Notes: generated by a model from the letters alone, not told the origin. DNA of 64,000 nucleotides from a virus (IMGVR_UViG_3300037721_000031:64001-128000); one strand, 5' to 3'. Counted from the stretch's first letter, positions 1-9,388 are shown. Numbers and translations: made by a program.

Positions 1-581
1 ATCTCTACGTTATCTGTAATTGCTGATGTCCCAGCTAAGCGAGCTGAGCCACGTGCTCGTGAGTTCTCGTACATTTGGGCGTACTCACACACTACTGATA
101 AATCGCAGGCTTCAGAGTTATCAGCCATAACTGCATTATTGCGTATTACGGCATCTCCATATACTCTAACATTATCAGTAAGTAATGCGTCATCACATAT
201 ACAGGAATCACCAAAAGCATGAATGTTGCCAGAGAGTCTGGCTCGATCTCGGACAACACAACACCCGTACACCTGACAATTTCCACCTATGACAACATCG
301 TCACTAATGACTGCATCTTCACTTATTAGTGAGTTGCCTTGGACAATAGCTCTGTCTTTGACGACTGCATCATGCTCTACTCTAGAGTTCTGTGTAACCT
401 TGGCATCGTTAAATATCCAACAACTGCCTCTTTGGCTCAGGTTATCTTCGCACTCTATAAACCCACCAAAATCACCCAGCTTAACACCCGCTAAAGGTAT
501 ATCTCGAAGAGCCCTGATACGATAAAGTACAGTGTCATTATCTTTCGGAGCTTCAACTAATACTAGTTCGTATTTTTTCAT
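1..581 (-). CDS. Hexapeptide-repeat (left-handed beta-helix-like) protein, 3' end truncated by the window start; missing from the ORF track
   Basis: Manual translation from the ATG at 581-579, which overlaps the HNH stop (TAATG): MKKYELVLVEAPKDNDTVLYRIRALRDIPLAGVKLGDFGGFIECEDNLSQRGSCWIFNDAKVTQNSRVEHDAVVKDRAIVQGNSLISEDAVISDDVVIGGNCQVYG... with 6-residue periodicity; the frame is open to position 3. Confidence 0.75.
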   Translation of the reverse strand, partial: MKKYELVLVEAPKDNDTVLYRIRALRDIPLAGVKLGDFGGFIECEDNLSQRGSCWIFNDAKVTQNSRVEHDAVVKDRAIVQGNSLISEDAVISDDVVIGGNCQVYGCCVVRDRARLSGNIHAFGDSCICDDALLTDNVRVYGDAVIRNNAVMADNSEACDLSVVCEYAQMYENSRARGSARLAGTSAITDNVE

Positions 582-1168
582 TATTCACCTTCAACTGAGC
601 TATCTGTTGGGTCTAGTTTACCAAAGTACAACGACCACTCCGAAGCAGTTTTATTATTTTCAACTTCCTTTACTCTAGATCTAGACCTAGGCTTTTTATC
701 TGTAGGGTCTTTACGAGCAATCCATTGACAGTTATTTGGTTCGTAATTACCATTGGTATCACTTCTCTTTAATGCGTGCTTGCCTTCTGGTTTAGAACCT
801 ACATCAGTTATAAAATTCTCGAAAGAGTTTTTCCAGCGATCACATACCTTTATACCTCTACCACCATAATCTTCGTATTGAACGGACTTAGGGTTAGTAC
901 ATCGTTGAATCATTACTTTCCAGATTTTGTATTCTGGCGTATCGCTTTTTCCGTGTCTAGTATTAGCTTTTCGTGAAGCTTCTCTTTGTAGACAACCGCA
1001 GCTAGCGGTACTTCCTTTAACTAGATAATCCCCTCTAACCACAGTCTTATTACCGCAATCACAAACGCAGTTCCATTTGATACTACCGTGTGTAGTTCTT
1101 TCAGAAATCTCACTGATAACTTTCAGTCTTCCAAACTTTTTACCAGTTAACACTAGTGGTTTAAACAT
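581..1168 (-). CDS. Free-standing HNH homing endonuclease
   Basis: GKKFGRLKVI N-terminus, CVCDCG and SCGC zinc motifs, DYGGRGIKVCDRW, GNYEPNNCQW; typical of phage HNH endonucleases. Confidence 0.85.
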   Translation of the reverse strand: MFKPLVLTGKKFGRLKVISEISERTTHGSIKWNCVCDCGNKTVVRGDYLVKGSTASCGCLQREASRKANTRHGKSDTPEYKIWKVMIQRCTNPKSVQYEDYGGRGIKVCDRWKNSFENFITDVGSKPEGKHALKRSDTNGNYEPNNCQWIARKDPTDKKPRSRSRVKEVENNKTASEWSLYFGKLDPTDSSVEGE

Positions 1169-1204
1169 AGTTTCACTCTTATGAAACTTTCATCATTAGT
1201 GTTT

Positions 1205-1234
1205 AATCTAACGATAATAAGTCTCGTTTGTCAA
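1205..1234 (-). promoter_or_regulatory. Possible sigma70-type promoter for the HNH gene
   Basis: Minus strand TTGACA (1234-1229), 18-nt spacer, TAGATT (1210-1205). Confidence 0.35.
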
Positions 1235-1261
1235 ATAGTATAAAAAATGAATTAACCGTCA

Positions 1262-1299
1262 TAGGTAGAGATCACAGCTATAGCTGTGATCTCTACCTA
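1262..1299. terminator. Perfect 38-bp palindrome, probable terminator
   Basis: TAGGTAGAGATCACAGCTA-TAGCTGTGATCTCTACCTA just downstream of the 1323-1805 gene. Confidence 0.7.
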
Positions 1300-1322
1300 A
1301 TCAATAACGATGGGTAACCTGA

Positions 1323-1781
1323 TTAACCCAGCGCCTTCATGGCAAGCTCAGCCAAGTGACTCTTCACCTTAGCCATCTCACCACGAGGACGAGTAGAGTA
1401 CACGGTGAATCCAGCGGTTGCTGCACCATACACAGTACTATGTTCCTTGGTAGACGGGTTGATAACAGTCTTCTCACGCTTGATAGACACATCGAGTGCG
1501 TCCTTACCGACCATCGGGATGGACAGTTCGACTGAAGCCACACCCTTATTCTTCCTCATGTAAGGGACAGCAAGTTCACCAGTGGCCAGTGTAGCTGCAG
1601 CAGCGAGTTCACTGTGAAAACTCTGCAGTTGCTTGACGCTGTCTTCGCTGATGCCTTCCGGCAGCAAAGCGACGTAAGTACCAGGTTCAACAACGGCTAC
1701 ACCGTTCTCACCGATGGTGATCTTACCCTTCAGGGTCTTGGACAGGGACACGATGTCTGACTTGATTTCGGTTGCGCTCAT
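1323..1781 (-). CDS. Hypothetical protein, GC-rich gene
   Basis: ORF track 1323-1805; the more likely start is the ATG at 1781 (MSATEIK...); no recognisable motif. Confidence 0.7.
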   Translation of the reverse strand: MSATEIKSDIVSLSKTLKGKITIGENGVAVVEPGTYVALLPEGISEDSVKQLQSFHSELAAAATLATGELAVPYMRKNKGVASVELSIPMVGKDALDVSIKREKTVINPSTKEHSTVYGAATAGFTVYSTRPRGEMAKVKSHLAELAMKALG

Positions 1782-1843
1782 GATTGAAATTTCCTTTTTA
1801 CACACAGTTAACGAAAGTGATGATTAGAAAGAAGATGCGGACT

Positions 1844-2461
1844 TTAATGAAGTCTGTTGTTATTTAACTTTTCTTCAGTGAAATACTTGCCAAGAAGACT
1901 GGCATTATGACGGAGATCCTGTACCTTTTCAGAATCGTCTTGATTCAAAGCTTGGTGAGTAAAATCTACAGTTTGAGACTTCTCTTTAGAGACAGCGGTA
2001 GAGTCTGATTTCTTATCAGTTTCACTACCTAATGTTGCTCGATCCAAGTACATGACTTCTCGCGTCCCAACGGATACAACACACAAGTGTTGAGCTTGTT
2101 CTTTTACAACATCAGAATCAAACAGCTTAAAGATGTTTTCTTTATTTCCAGCGGCACCGATCAGAGACATCGAGCTGTCGAAAATACTTCCGTTATCTGG
2201 AACGTTTACCTTATACAGATAGAACAGGTGTTCGTTTGTAGGCCAGATATCGCAAGGTGCCAAAGCATTATCAAAGTTATTCAAGTAGTTTTGAACGGAC
2301 TGCTTGAACTCATTAACTGTGGCATTGTCTGGCGGTGACGGAAAGTAGTCCGAATAAAGGTTAACAAACCTCACATTCTTCACGATATTATTCAAGCTAA
2401 TATCGATACCGCAACTACTCTTTATATCGTCAATGACTTCTTGAATCGTGTACAGTTTCAT
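1844..2461 (-). CDS. Hypothetical protein, paralogue of 3115-3573
   Basis: 205-aa ORF sharing MKLxT..V..DIK, RF..LYS, CDI.P, MSL.G and CVV motifs with 3115-3573. Confidence 0.75.
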   Translation of the reverse strand: MKLYTIQEVIDDIKSSCGIDISLNNIVKNVRFVNLYSDYFPSPPDNATVNEFKQSVQNYLNNFDNALAPCDIWPTNEHLFYLYKVNVPDNGSIFDSSMSLIGAAGNKENIFKLFDSDVVKEQAQHLCVVSVGTREVMYLDRATLGSETDKKSDSTAVSKEKSQTVDFTHQALNQDDSEKVQDLRHNASLLGKYFTEEKLNNNRLH

Positions 2462-2512
2462 AGTGACTCCTTTTGAAATCTTCTATGTCAAAGCATCGAT
2501 AGTGTTTACGTA

Positions 2513-3028
2513 CTATCGATTTCGTTGATGGCTCTTCGAAGACTTCTGGTTGAAGTCGCTCTCTTCAAAATACCCCGCTCCGCGAACCACGCTGGGCCTA
2601 TCATTGTAACGGTCAACTTGATTGCGCCTTTGATAGGAGTCTCTGTCGCGATCTGGGAAGGTATCTATGATGAACTGCTTGGACAAGTTCGCCTGGTTAG
2701 GAAGAACTTCAATACGCTTCAGAGCATGCCTTGTAATCAGAACTCCAGGAATGAGTACCAGAGACTTATCTTCCACATGCGCATTGTCCCTTAGCGCATT
2801 CAAAACAGTATTCATCCCGAGCAAGACATAATACTTTCCGTCGTACTGATAGAAAGCTACCGGTTGCTTGGTATCATCGAAGTCGTTCGGCAGTGTTACC
2901 GAACTTTCAAAGTCAGAAGCAAGGTCTGTTACCCTGACATTAATCTCGAGACCGCTCTTAGCTGCGGTTTGAAGCCTGTCGAGATAGTACGACTTGTCCT
3001 TGAATGCGAAGGTCTGAGTTGACGACAT
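2513..3028 (-). CDS. Hypothetical protein
   Basis: 171-aa ORF in the co-directional minus-strand block. Confidence 0.7.
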   Translation of the reverse strand: MSSTQTFAFKDKSYYLDRLQTAAKSGLEINVRVTDLASDFESSVTLPNDFDDTKQPVAFYQYDGKYYVLLGMNTVLNALRDNAHVEDKSLVLIPGVLITRHALKRIEVLPNQANLSKQFIIDTFPDRDRDSYQRRNQVDRYNDRPSVVRGAGYFEESDFNQKSSKSHQRNR

Positions 3029-3114
3029 GAGAAAAAGATGTTCCTTAGATTAAAAAGATAATAGTGTTAAAACGCACTATTGCATGACATGTATCAGTAG
3101 TGTATTTTTATATA

Positions 3115-3573
3115 TTAATGCAACGACCTCTTAAAGAAGTTAACCTCAGAGATCTCTGAGTTTACGACACAGATAAGACAGGTAGTATCAATCTTACTAG
3201 AAGCTATATCCCTCACTTCTTCTTCAGAGTCTGATGTGCCTAGTAAAGACATATCTTCATCGACAAGCAATGTACCAGTCTCAGAGAGCTTAGCTTTGTA
3301 GGCCCAAAATTTAGACTTTGTATCAGGAAAGATATCGCATGAAGGAAGCATCACGTTATCAGCATGAATAAATTCATGCACACGTTTATTGAAACTATCA
3401 ACAGTCATTTCACCGTTCACTGGCTTATCATAAAACTCAGAATAGAGTTTCAGAAATCTTGCTCGCTGAATAGCGTCTGCGAATTGACAAGTGACTTGTT
3501 CAAAGCGTTTAATATCTTCTACGACGTCGTCAAATGTATGAAGCTTCATGATTTTATTAGATGTTGTAAACAA
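3115..3573 (-). CDS. Hypothetical protein, paralogue of 1844-2461
   Basis: 152-aa ORF; probable start at 3549 (MKLHTFDDVVEDIK). Confidence 0.75.
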   Translation of the reverse strand: MFTTSNKIMKLHTFDDVVEDIKRFEQVTCQFADAIQRARFLKLYSEFYDKPVNGEMTVDSFNKRVHEFIHADNVMLPSCDIFPDTKSKFWAYKAKLSETGTLLVDEDMSLLGTSDSEEEVRDIASSKIDTTCLICVVNSEISEVNFFKRSLH

Positions 3574-3579
3574 GACAAG

Positions 3580-3879
3580 TTAAGATTCTACGATGCTAAT
3601 GTATTCTTTCAACCTATTAATTCTAGTTTGAATTTCTAGAACGTTACCATCTCTATTGTGCTGTTTTAGATCAGATAAACAGCTTTTAACGCCAGACAGA
3701 AGACTCTCCGGAGAGCCGTTATACGCACACTCTACATGGTCTTTGTAAATAGAGAATCTTGAAGTACTATGGACTATCATCGACACTTCACGTACTAAAT
3801 CAAGACTAGCTTTTTCAGAAGTGACATACAAGTGACTCTCATCATGCAGTTGTGTACCGATAATAGTAAATTTATTCAT
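3580..3879 (-). CDS. Small hypothetical protein, paralogue family MN(K/Q)FT, copy 3
   Basis: MNKFTIIGT...F.IY..HVEC...PE.LLS..K..L...RI..L.EYI shared with the two upstream ORFs. Confidence 0.75.
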   Translation of the reverse strand: MNKFTIIGTQLHDESHLYVTSEKASLDLVREVSMIVHSTSRFSIYKDHVECAYNGSPESLLSGVKSCLSDLKQHNRDGNVLEIQTRINRLKEYISIVES

Positions 3880-3911
3880 TGATAGCTCTCAGTGAAATAA
3901 TAATTGTGAAA

Positions 3912-4220
3912 TTAAGTTTCAGTAACTTTCATATATTCACGTAACCTATTGAGGTTCCTATCCACTCTTTCTTTATTAGTACTGTAGATAAGCTTCTTAG
4001 CTAAAGATTCTTGAAATATCAAGTGATTACTGACAGTGCTACGAAGCAACCGTGTATCGCATTGATTAACAGGCTCAACATGCCCCTCAAAAATCATATT
4101 CGGTAAATCACCGAATATGATTTTGAAAACTTCTTTTACTAGGTCAAGATTAGCATTTTCAGAAGTAAAACGGGTAAAAGCTCCACCACTGTGTGTGCAG
4201 ACAATAGTGAATTTATTCAT
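3912..4220 (-). CDS. Small hypothetical protein, paralogue family MN(K/Q)FT, copy 2
   Basis: MNKFTIVCT...EGHVE...LNRLREYM. Confidence 0.75.
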   Translation of the reverse strand: MNKFTIVCTHSGGAFTRFTSENANLDLVKEVFKIIFGDLPNMIFEGHVEPVNQCDTRLLRSTVSNHLIFQESLAKKLIYSTNKERVDRNLNRLREYMKVTET

Positions 4221-4516
4221 TTAGTACTTTCAGCAATCTCAATATACTCTCGCAGCATGCGGATGCGTGCTTCAGCGTAAAAGGTATATGCATCCTCGTC
4301 CTTTAAATAGGAGGTGAGGCGCTCTTTAGCAGCTGATAATAGTTGTTCTGGTACAGCACCATTAATACACTTGACGTGACCTTCGCAGATTACGTACGTT
4401 ACATCACGGTACACAATTCTTAGAACATCGTCCATCAGTCCTGAATTTACTTTATCAGAAACCACGTACAATGTAGATTTATTTTTATGAGTACCAATAG
4501 CTGTAAATTGATTCAT
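4217..4516 (-). CDS. Small hypothetical protein, paralogue family MN(K/Q)FT, copy 1
   Basis: MNQFTAIGT...EGHVKC...PEQLLS...RIRMLREYI. Confidence 0.75.
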   Translation of the reverse strand: MNQFTAIGTHKNKSTLYVVSDKVNSGLMDDVLRIVYRDVTYVICEGHVKCINGAVPEQLLSAAKERLTSYLKDEDAYTFYAEARIRMLREYIEIAESTK

Positions 4517-4584
4517 GGAAAGCTTTCAGAAACATTAGTTAAAGAATATGAAGTTATGTTGATTACTCCATGTTGCTCAAGTAT

Positions 4585-4592
4585 GTGATATA
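4585..4592 (-). promoter_or_regulatory. phiKZ-type early (virion RNAP) promoter-like motif TATATCAC
   Basis: Minus-strand TATATCAC, one mismatch to the phiKZ early consensus TATATTAC, about 70 nt upstream of the small-gene block and downstream of a terminator. Confidence 0.5.
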
Positions 4593-4615
4593 TGGTTAAA
4601 AGATTTTAGATTACG

Positions 4616-4651
4616 GCATAAATAGCTAGGGATATCCCTAGCTATTTATGC
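4616..4651. terminator. Perfect 36-bp palindrome, terminator after the protease gene
   Basis: GCATAAATAGCTAGGGAT-ATCCCTAGCTATTTATGC. Confidence 0.75.
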
Positions 4652-4659
4652 TGTTGTTA

Positions 4660-5436
4660 TTACCAACCCTTCCAAGCAGGAGCTTTTGCAAAAGCATTAA
4701 TTGTCTCTTGATCAGCTTGCCATCCCATAGTCTGGAACAATTCAGAGGCAGATAAAGAAACAGATTCTTGAGCAATACTACTACCAGCGTTTACCTTTAC
4801 ACCGCGCCTAATCTGGCTACGAGTAAACACTACATCTGAACCTAAATCTTCCAGTGCAGGAGATTTAAATTTCTCAGCTACAGCAATGCCTGGTTCATTT
4901 ACATAGTCAAATGTAACGACTGTCTTCAAAGTTCTCTTCAGTACACCACGGTCCATAAAGTCGTCTGTAAACGAACGAATGGAGAAACACACATTCTCTC
5001 TAGGATTCTTTAAAGAACGCTCTAACACGTGTCCAAACGGCCCAGAAGGGGCAACCTTCGACACAATCGCAATCACGGGACTACCGTTGTTATCCTTAAC
5101 ACGCTCGAAGTCTAAAAACAACTCAGCGTGATGACAACAAACTTGTTCTTCGTGGATAGATAATACACGATGAGCAAAGTCATCCATAGACTGACTAATT
5201 TGTCGTTTAGGATGACCGTACTCTCCGCGCAATGCACCGCGTTTAACACGCCGCATTAATTGACTAGAGTTTTGAAAAAGTTCGCAGGACTTATCGTACA
5301 CGTAATACTGACCGGCAGAATTGTACATATTCAAAGCGCCGACAATGCATTCGTAGTAACCGTCTTTATCCTGCTTAAGATTGCCGGTTTTATTTATGCC
5401 GACAAGAGAAGTACAACCAAATCGGACAGAATTCAT
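4660..5436 (-). CDS. Prohead (head maturation) protease, phiKZ gp175 / SPN3US gp245-like
   Basis: GEYGHP motif (T4 gp21-like), FSIRS, TFDYVNEPG; syntenic with vRNAP genes as in phiKZ-like phages. Confidence 0.85.
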   Translation of the reverse strand: MNSVRFGCTSLVGINKTGNLKQDKDGYYECIVGALNMYNSAGQYYVYDKSCELFQNSSQLMRRVKRGALRGEYGHPKRQISQSMDDFAHRVLSIHEEQVCCHHAELFLDFERVKDNNGSPVIAIVSKVAPSGPFGHVLERSLKNPRENVCFSIRSFTDDFMDRGVLKRTLKTVVTFDYVNEPGIAVAEKFKSPALEDLGSDVVFTRSQIRRGVKVNAGSSIAQESVSLSASELFQTMGWQADQETINAFAKAPAWKGW

Positions 5437-5493
5437 GATATTTTTTTATACTAAGATAATTTATAAACGTACTGTGAGGTACTCAATAGTTAA

Positions 5494-6216
5494 TCATTTT
5501 AAAAGAGATTCGATTCTTTCAACTCTTTCGGAAGGATTTACTAAAGCTGAAACAATACCATCTTGCATGTATGATCCGGCAAGTTTGTTGGTAGTGTTAG
5601 TAGCAGAATAAGCCACACTCTTCAGAGGAATAAACGCAGGTTTCTTATTTTTGATATCATCTGGGCTATGTATGGACTGACGATAGTATTCTGCTCTATT
5701 ACTTTGATTTCTACAGATAATACTAACCAGTAACTCAGTTACTTCTCTTTCACTACCAATATTAACACCACCAAATTTCTTAGCGGTATCAAATATCTTA
5801 GCAAGATCTTCGTAACTTAGAAATGCAGGTATTCTACCCTTAGCAAAGAATTCACTATAGATTCTGTAAGGAATCTTGTTATTCTGAACCACATTCATAT
5901 TTGGTATAACTGTGCTTCCAGCTGGGAAAGTGAATTCGTAATACTCATCGCCATCAATTACAATGCGGTTTACAGATTCTGGAGTTATACGTAAGGTAGT
6001 ATTGACAAGGGATATTGCAGAGTACTTACCTTCCATAACTAACAGATAGATACCTACAATGTTAGTTTCAACACCTACTGAAGCCAGTCCGCATTCTGAG
6101 AAGCGGACTGGTAAGTAGATGGCACAGCTCTTAACAGTAACTAACCTATCGTCCGCTAACTCGCGGAGATGGGCACGAACGTACTGTGGGTCTCGGACTA
6201 GACCTTTAATATCCAT
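5494..6216 (-). CDS. Probable virion RNA polymerase beta'-C subunit (SPN3US gp244-like)
   Basis: 240 aa, directly upstream of the protease; C-terminal SATNTTNKLAGSYMQDGIVSAL resembles the beta' C-terminal region; mainly synteny. Confidence 0.6.
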   Translation of the reverse strand: MDIKGLVRDPQYVRAHLRELADDRLVTVKSCAIYLPVRFSECGLASVGVETNIVGIYLLVMEGKYSAISLVNTTLRITPESVNRIVIDGDEYYEFTFPAGSTVIPNMNVVQNNKIPYRIYSEFFAKGRIPAFLSYEDLAKIFDTAKKFGGVNIGSEREVTELLVSIICRNQSNRAEYYRQSIHSPDDIKNKKPAFIPLKSVAYSATNTTNKLAGSYMQDGIVSALVNPSERVERIESLLK

Positions 6217-6233
6217 GCCCTTTCTCCTTTACA

Positions 6234-7655
6234 TTATCGAATAGCGCTAGCTACCTTAAACTGAGTAGAGATCCAATAAGCAATGTATTCCAAAGTAGCA
6301 ACAGCGGCTGCTTCTTTGACATCGGCTTCAGGACTGTGTGCTTTGATACGATTAATTCCATCCAAGATCTGGAATGCATCAGTCTTATAGAACCAGCTAT
6401 CACACATGAGCCGCAGTGCCCAGCTATACAGATCTGTTACTTCAGACTCTTTAGTAATAGCTAGTGCTGCATCGAATCGCTGTTTACAGAATTCTCTGTC
6501 TTGAATAGGTAGTACGGCTTCATCAGCACTACGCACCATAGCAGAAAATTCAATTGCGACAATTTCTTTTGCTGTATTAAACTTCTTATTAGCTACAGAA
6601 GTCTTTTGTACCATGCAGTAGGTTTCCCAGATCTGCTTATACTTATCGGCATTTTTGTTGATTTCATCAACAGTAAGAGACGGCATGGTATTCATCACGC
6701 TGCCAAAAATGACAGAATGCTCGCCACCATCGCTCAACCACTTACGATAAACTACGTCATTGACTTCGACAGAATTACGAGTAAATGAGCGAATAAGTAC
6801 ACCGTGCTTTTCATCACGATTAACACGATCAAGTTCATAGCCAAGCCGTACAGCGCATTGGTTACGAATCACTACCATTTCATCTTCGTATACCTTAAGC
6901 GATGTCTCAGTACCTTCAGGAGGACTGTCCCATAACTTTCTAGAGATGAGGAAGCCAACAAGGGCCATGTTCAAGCCATCAGCACTATTGAACAATGTCC
7001 ACATGTCTGAGTGACTACTCTTAGTGGTGAACATTTCTTGATAGACACTAATGAGCTTACCAGGCTCCATGCTTTGCACATACTGGCTGACTGACTCATC
7101 CAGAGATGTATTCCCTGACTTCATCCATTCAGTGATCTGTGCTTCATCAGCATCAGTTGATAAATGTGCGCCGGCAAGCGTCTTTTCAGGACTAACGTCT
7201 TTTGCACGCATGAATGAATCAACTAAAGAATCATCATACATCGGTGCCGGCAAACGCCATACCATGATCTCTAACTGGTTCATATCAGAACGCATTGTCT
7301 GCTCGATAGAGGTACCAATACGTTGTACCAGGTCATCGATAGTCGGAGCTACGACAGTGCGAGCATATGACAGATGTTTGGAGACAGCGTCACTTACGAC
7401 ACTTACTAAATCACCCATCTCCAGGTCATGAATACATGCGCCAGTAACCGGATCTGTACGATTAGTATCACTAACCACATTTTCAATCATGATCTTACGA
7501 GTACCTTGATCACCCCAAACATGATCATCGCTTGTGCTTGACGCCTCACACAGCTTATACAAGTTAGTACCGAGAATCGGAGTAACGATTAAATTTCGTG
7601 CGTCGAGTACTGCTGCTAATGGAGCAGTACTATTGAGTGCTTGCAATGACAGCAT
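6234..7655 (-). CDS. Virion head protein (SPN3US gp243-like)
   Basis: 473-aa ORF at the conserved position between beta-N and beta'-C/protease. Confidence 0.55.
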   Translation of the reverse strand: MLSLQALNSTAPLAAVLDARNLIVTPILGTNLYKLCEASSTSDDHVWGDQGTRKIMIENVVSDTNRTDPVTGACIHDLEMGDLVSVVSDAVSKHLSYARTVVAPTIDDLVQRIGTSIEQTMRSDMNQLEIMVWRLPAPMYDDSLVDSFMRAKDVSPEKTLAGAHLSTDADEAQITEWMKSGNTSLDESVSQYVQSMEPGKLISVYQEMFTTKSSHSDMWTLFNSADGLNMALVGFLISRKLWDSPPEGTETSLKVYEDEMVVIRNQCAVRLGYELDRVNRDEKHGVLIRSFTRNSVEVNDVVYRKWLSDGGEHSVIFGSVMNTMPSLTVDEINKNADKYKQIWETYCMVQKTSVANKKFNTAKEIVAIEFSAMVRSADEAVLPIQDREFCKQRFDAALAITKESEVTDLYSWALRLMCDSWFYKTDAFQILDGINRIKAHSPEADVKEAAAVATLEYIAYWISTQFKVASAIR

Positions 7656-7659
7656 ATAT

Positions 7660-7854
7660 TTACTCCCCTAACTCTTTAGCAATCTTCTTTTGGAAGACGG
7701 ACTGCGACAGTTGATGAACCATGTCTTTAGACAAAGGTGATCCACAAAACGTATCCGCAACTTCTTTACCTAGTACTTTCTCAGCAACCTGCGCTACTAA
7801 CTCAGCCGCATTGCCGAGCGTGACGATAGTCGTGAGGGTCATTACGTTTTTCAC
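7660..7854 (-). CDS. Small hypothetical protein
   Basis: 64-aa ORF with upstream AGGAA, tightly packed with the next gene. Confidence 0.55.
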   Translation of the reverse strand: MKNVMTLTTIVTLGNAAELVAQVAEKVLGKEVADTFCGSPLSKDMVHQLSQSVFQKKIAKELGE

Positions 7855-7915
7855 GGCAATGTTCCTTTAATAAATCAAACTAATTTTACTACTGACTGCA
7901 AAAATAGAAAAAAAA

Positions 7916-7968
7916 GCGATAATGAAAATTACTCATAACATCTCTGTTTAGAGCATTCTCATTATCGC
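7916..7968 (-). terminator. Inverted repeat after vRNAP beta exon 2
   Basis: GCGATAATGA...TCATTATCGC arms, followed on the minus strand by a T-run (plus-strand A-run 7908-7915). Confidence 0.45.
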
Positions 7969-7976
7969 AATTCAAC

Positions 7977-9095
7977 TTACGATCGATATGCCTCAACAGC
8001 CAGCTTACCGATTTTATTTAGTAGCGTAGCTGTTGTGCCAATGATTAGAGCGCTAACCACAATGCGGTCATCAATAGATGATGCTGAGAATACTGCATCA
8101 ATATCTGTACCAGACTCTGTTCGAATGTTGTTTTCAAACACTCTACCAAATACAGTCTTCATCTGATTAGCGAAAACTCCCTTATCACCGACACCGGCAG
8201 ACACATCCGATGTAATGTAGACTTGAATAGCCGCAGTATCTAAAGCTAATGGTTCGTTTTCTATTCTGTAGTTATCATCAACAGAACCAGTAAAAGCAGT
8301 CTTATTAACTGCTTCATTACGCTTTACCATGATTTCATCAGACACGTCAGTCAAAGATCTTAAACTCTGACTCATGTCTTCTTTATCACCGTGGTAGAAT
8401 ACCTCAATTCGCTCAACCACTCCACGAACTTTAGCCTGAGGAGATTGCGCTCCTAGAACTCGCAAAGTATCGAGAGTCTCTTGATCCAATAGAGAACTAC
8501 TTACGCTGACGGCATCTTCAATTAAGCATAGAATACTCTCATATTCTAACTTATCTCCTACTTTTACCAAATTATGTATCTGCTGATTAAAGTTCACTAC
8601 AACAGCACGCATCGTAGTTGTTTTGGTTGTGAGCTTACTAGCCAGTCTACGAGACACTGCAGAAGAATCTTCAAACGTGTACGTTGATTCCATTAATACT
8701 GTCTTAGCATTAACGGATGATTTCCAAATTACTTGTTTTGGATTTAGTACATCACGCTCGAAGAAACCTGTATTGTACGCAATAGTATCACCTCTACTAA
8801 ATGCCAAACCATTAGTTAAATGAGTTACGATTTCATGAGGAATTACTAATCCAGCTGCTTTGCCATAACGTCTACCTAGCTCAACTCCAACACGAGAACC
8901 GTCAGCATACTCAACAACAATTCCATCGTCATTAAGCTTAATTACTTTACCATCTTGCTTTGCCATCACATGAAACAAGTCACTAGTGCGAGCACCTAAT
9001 ACTTGTTCGTAACCTGTTCTTACCTGGGCTTGATGATAACCTTCACACGAGATACCATGACCGTGTTGAATGCTGATAAAGTTAGTTCTCTTTGG
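7977..9095 (-). CDS. rpoB: Virion RNA polymerase beta-N subunit, exon 2
   Basis: Begins PKRTNFISIQHGHG; contains GVGDKGVFANQMK (beta GDK motif); joins exon 1 in frame as ...SDRDD|PKRTNF... Confidence 0.9.
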   Translation of the reverse strand, partial: PKRTNFISIQHGHGISCEGYHQAQVRTGYEQVLGARTSDLFHVMAKQDGKVIKLNDDGIVVEYADGSRVGVELGRRYGKAAGLVIPHEIVTHLTNGLAFSRGDTIAYNTGFFERDVLNPKQVIWKSSVNAKTVLMESTYTFEDSSAVSRRLASKLTTKTTTMRAVVVNFNQQIHNLVKVGDKLEYESILCLIEDAVSVSSSLLDQETLDTLRVLGAQSPQAKVRGVVERIEVFYHGDKEDMSQSLRSLTDVSDEIMVKRNEAVNKTAFTGSVDDNYRIENEPLALDTAAIQVYITSDVSAGVGDKGVFANQMKTVFGRVFENNIRTESGTDIDAVFSASSIDDRIVVSALIIGTTATLLNKIGKLAVEAYRS

Positions 9096-9388
9096 CTTTA
9101 TGTCCACTGAGTTCGTTATTTCTCAGTCGGTGTGCTATGACACCCGCATTGACTTTCATCAATGAACAGACTATATCTTCACCCTACAGATAGGGTGTTT
9201 CCTATTTCCACTCACTTGAGTGTACACCGTGATAAGCGGCTAGTCGTTGAACGTTCTTCCTAAGTTAATTAGGAGCTTCGCTGCGGATTACCCAATCCTT
9301 ATATCTTTTACCATACCCGGGTAGTTAGTCCGGCCATCAATGCATTGCTGTCATCGACTTGGTGTATAAGGCTCTTAGGGTGTCCCCG

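Noticed and set aside
289-525. Plus-strand 78-aa ORF and the many other short ORFs antisense to or nested in long genes (for example 7051-7431, 13713-14114, 20947-21387, 21856-22329, 56608-56889)
   Set aside because: Shadow ORFs opposite or within well-supported genes, with no RBS or motif support
7977-9107. ORF-track 376-aa gene starting at GTG 9107 as an independent protein
   Set aside because: Its first four codons are the intron 3' end; the segment is exon 2 of vRNAP beta-N
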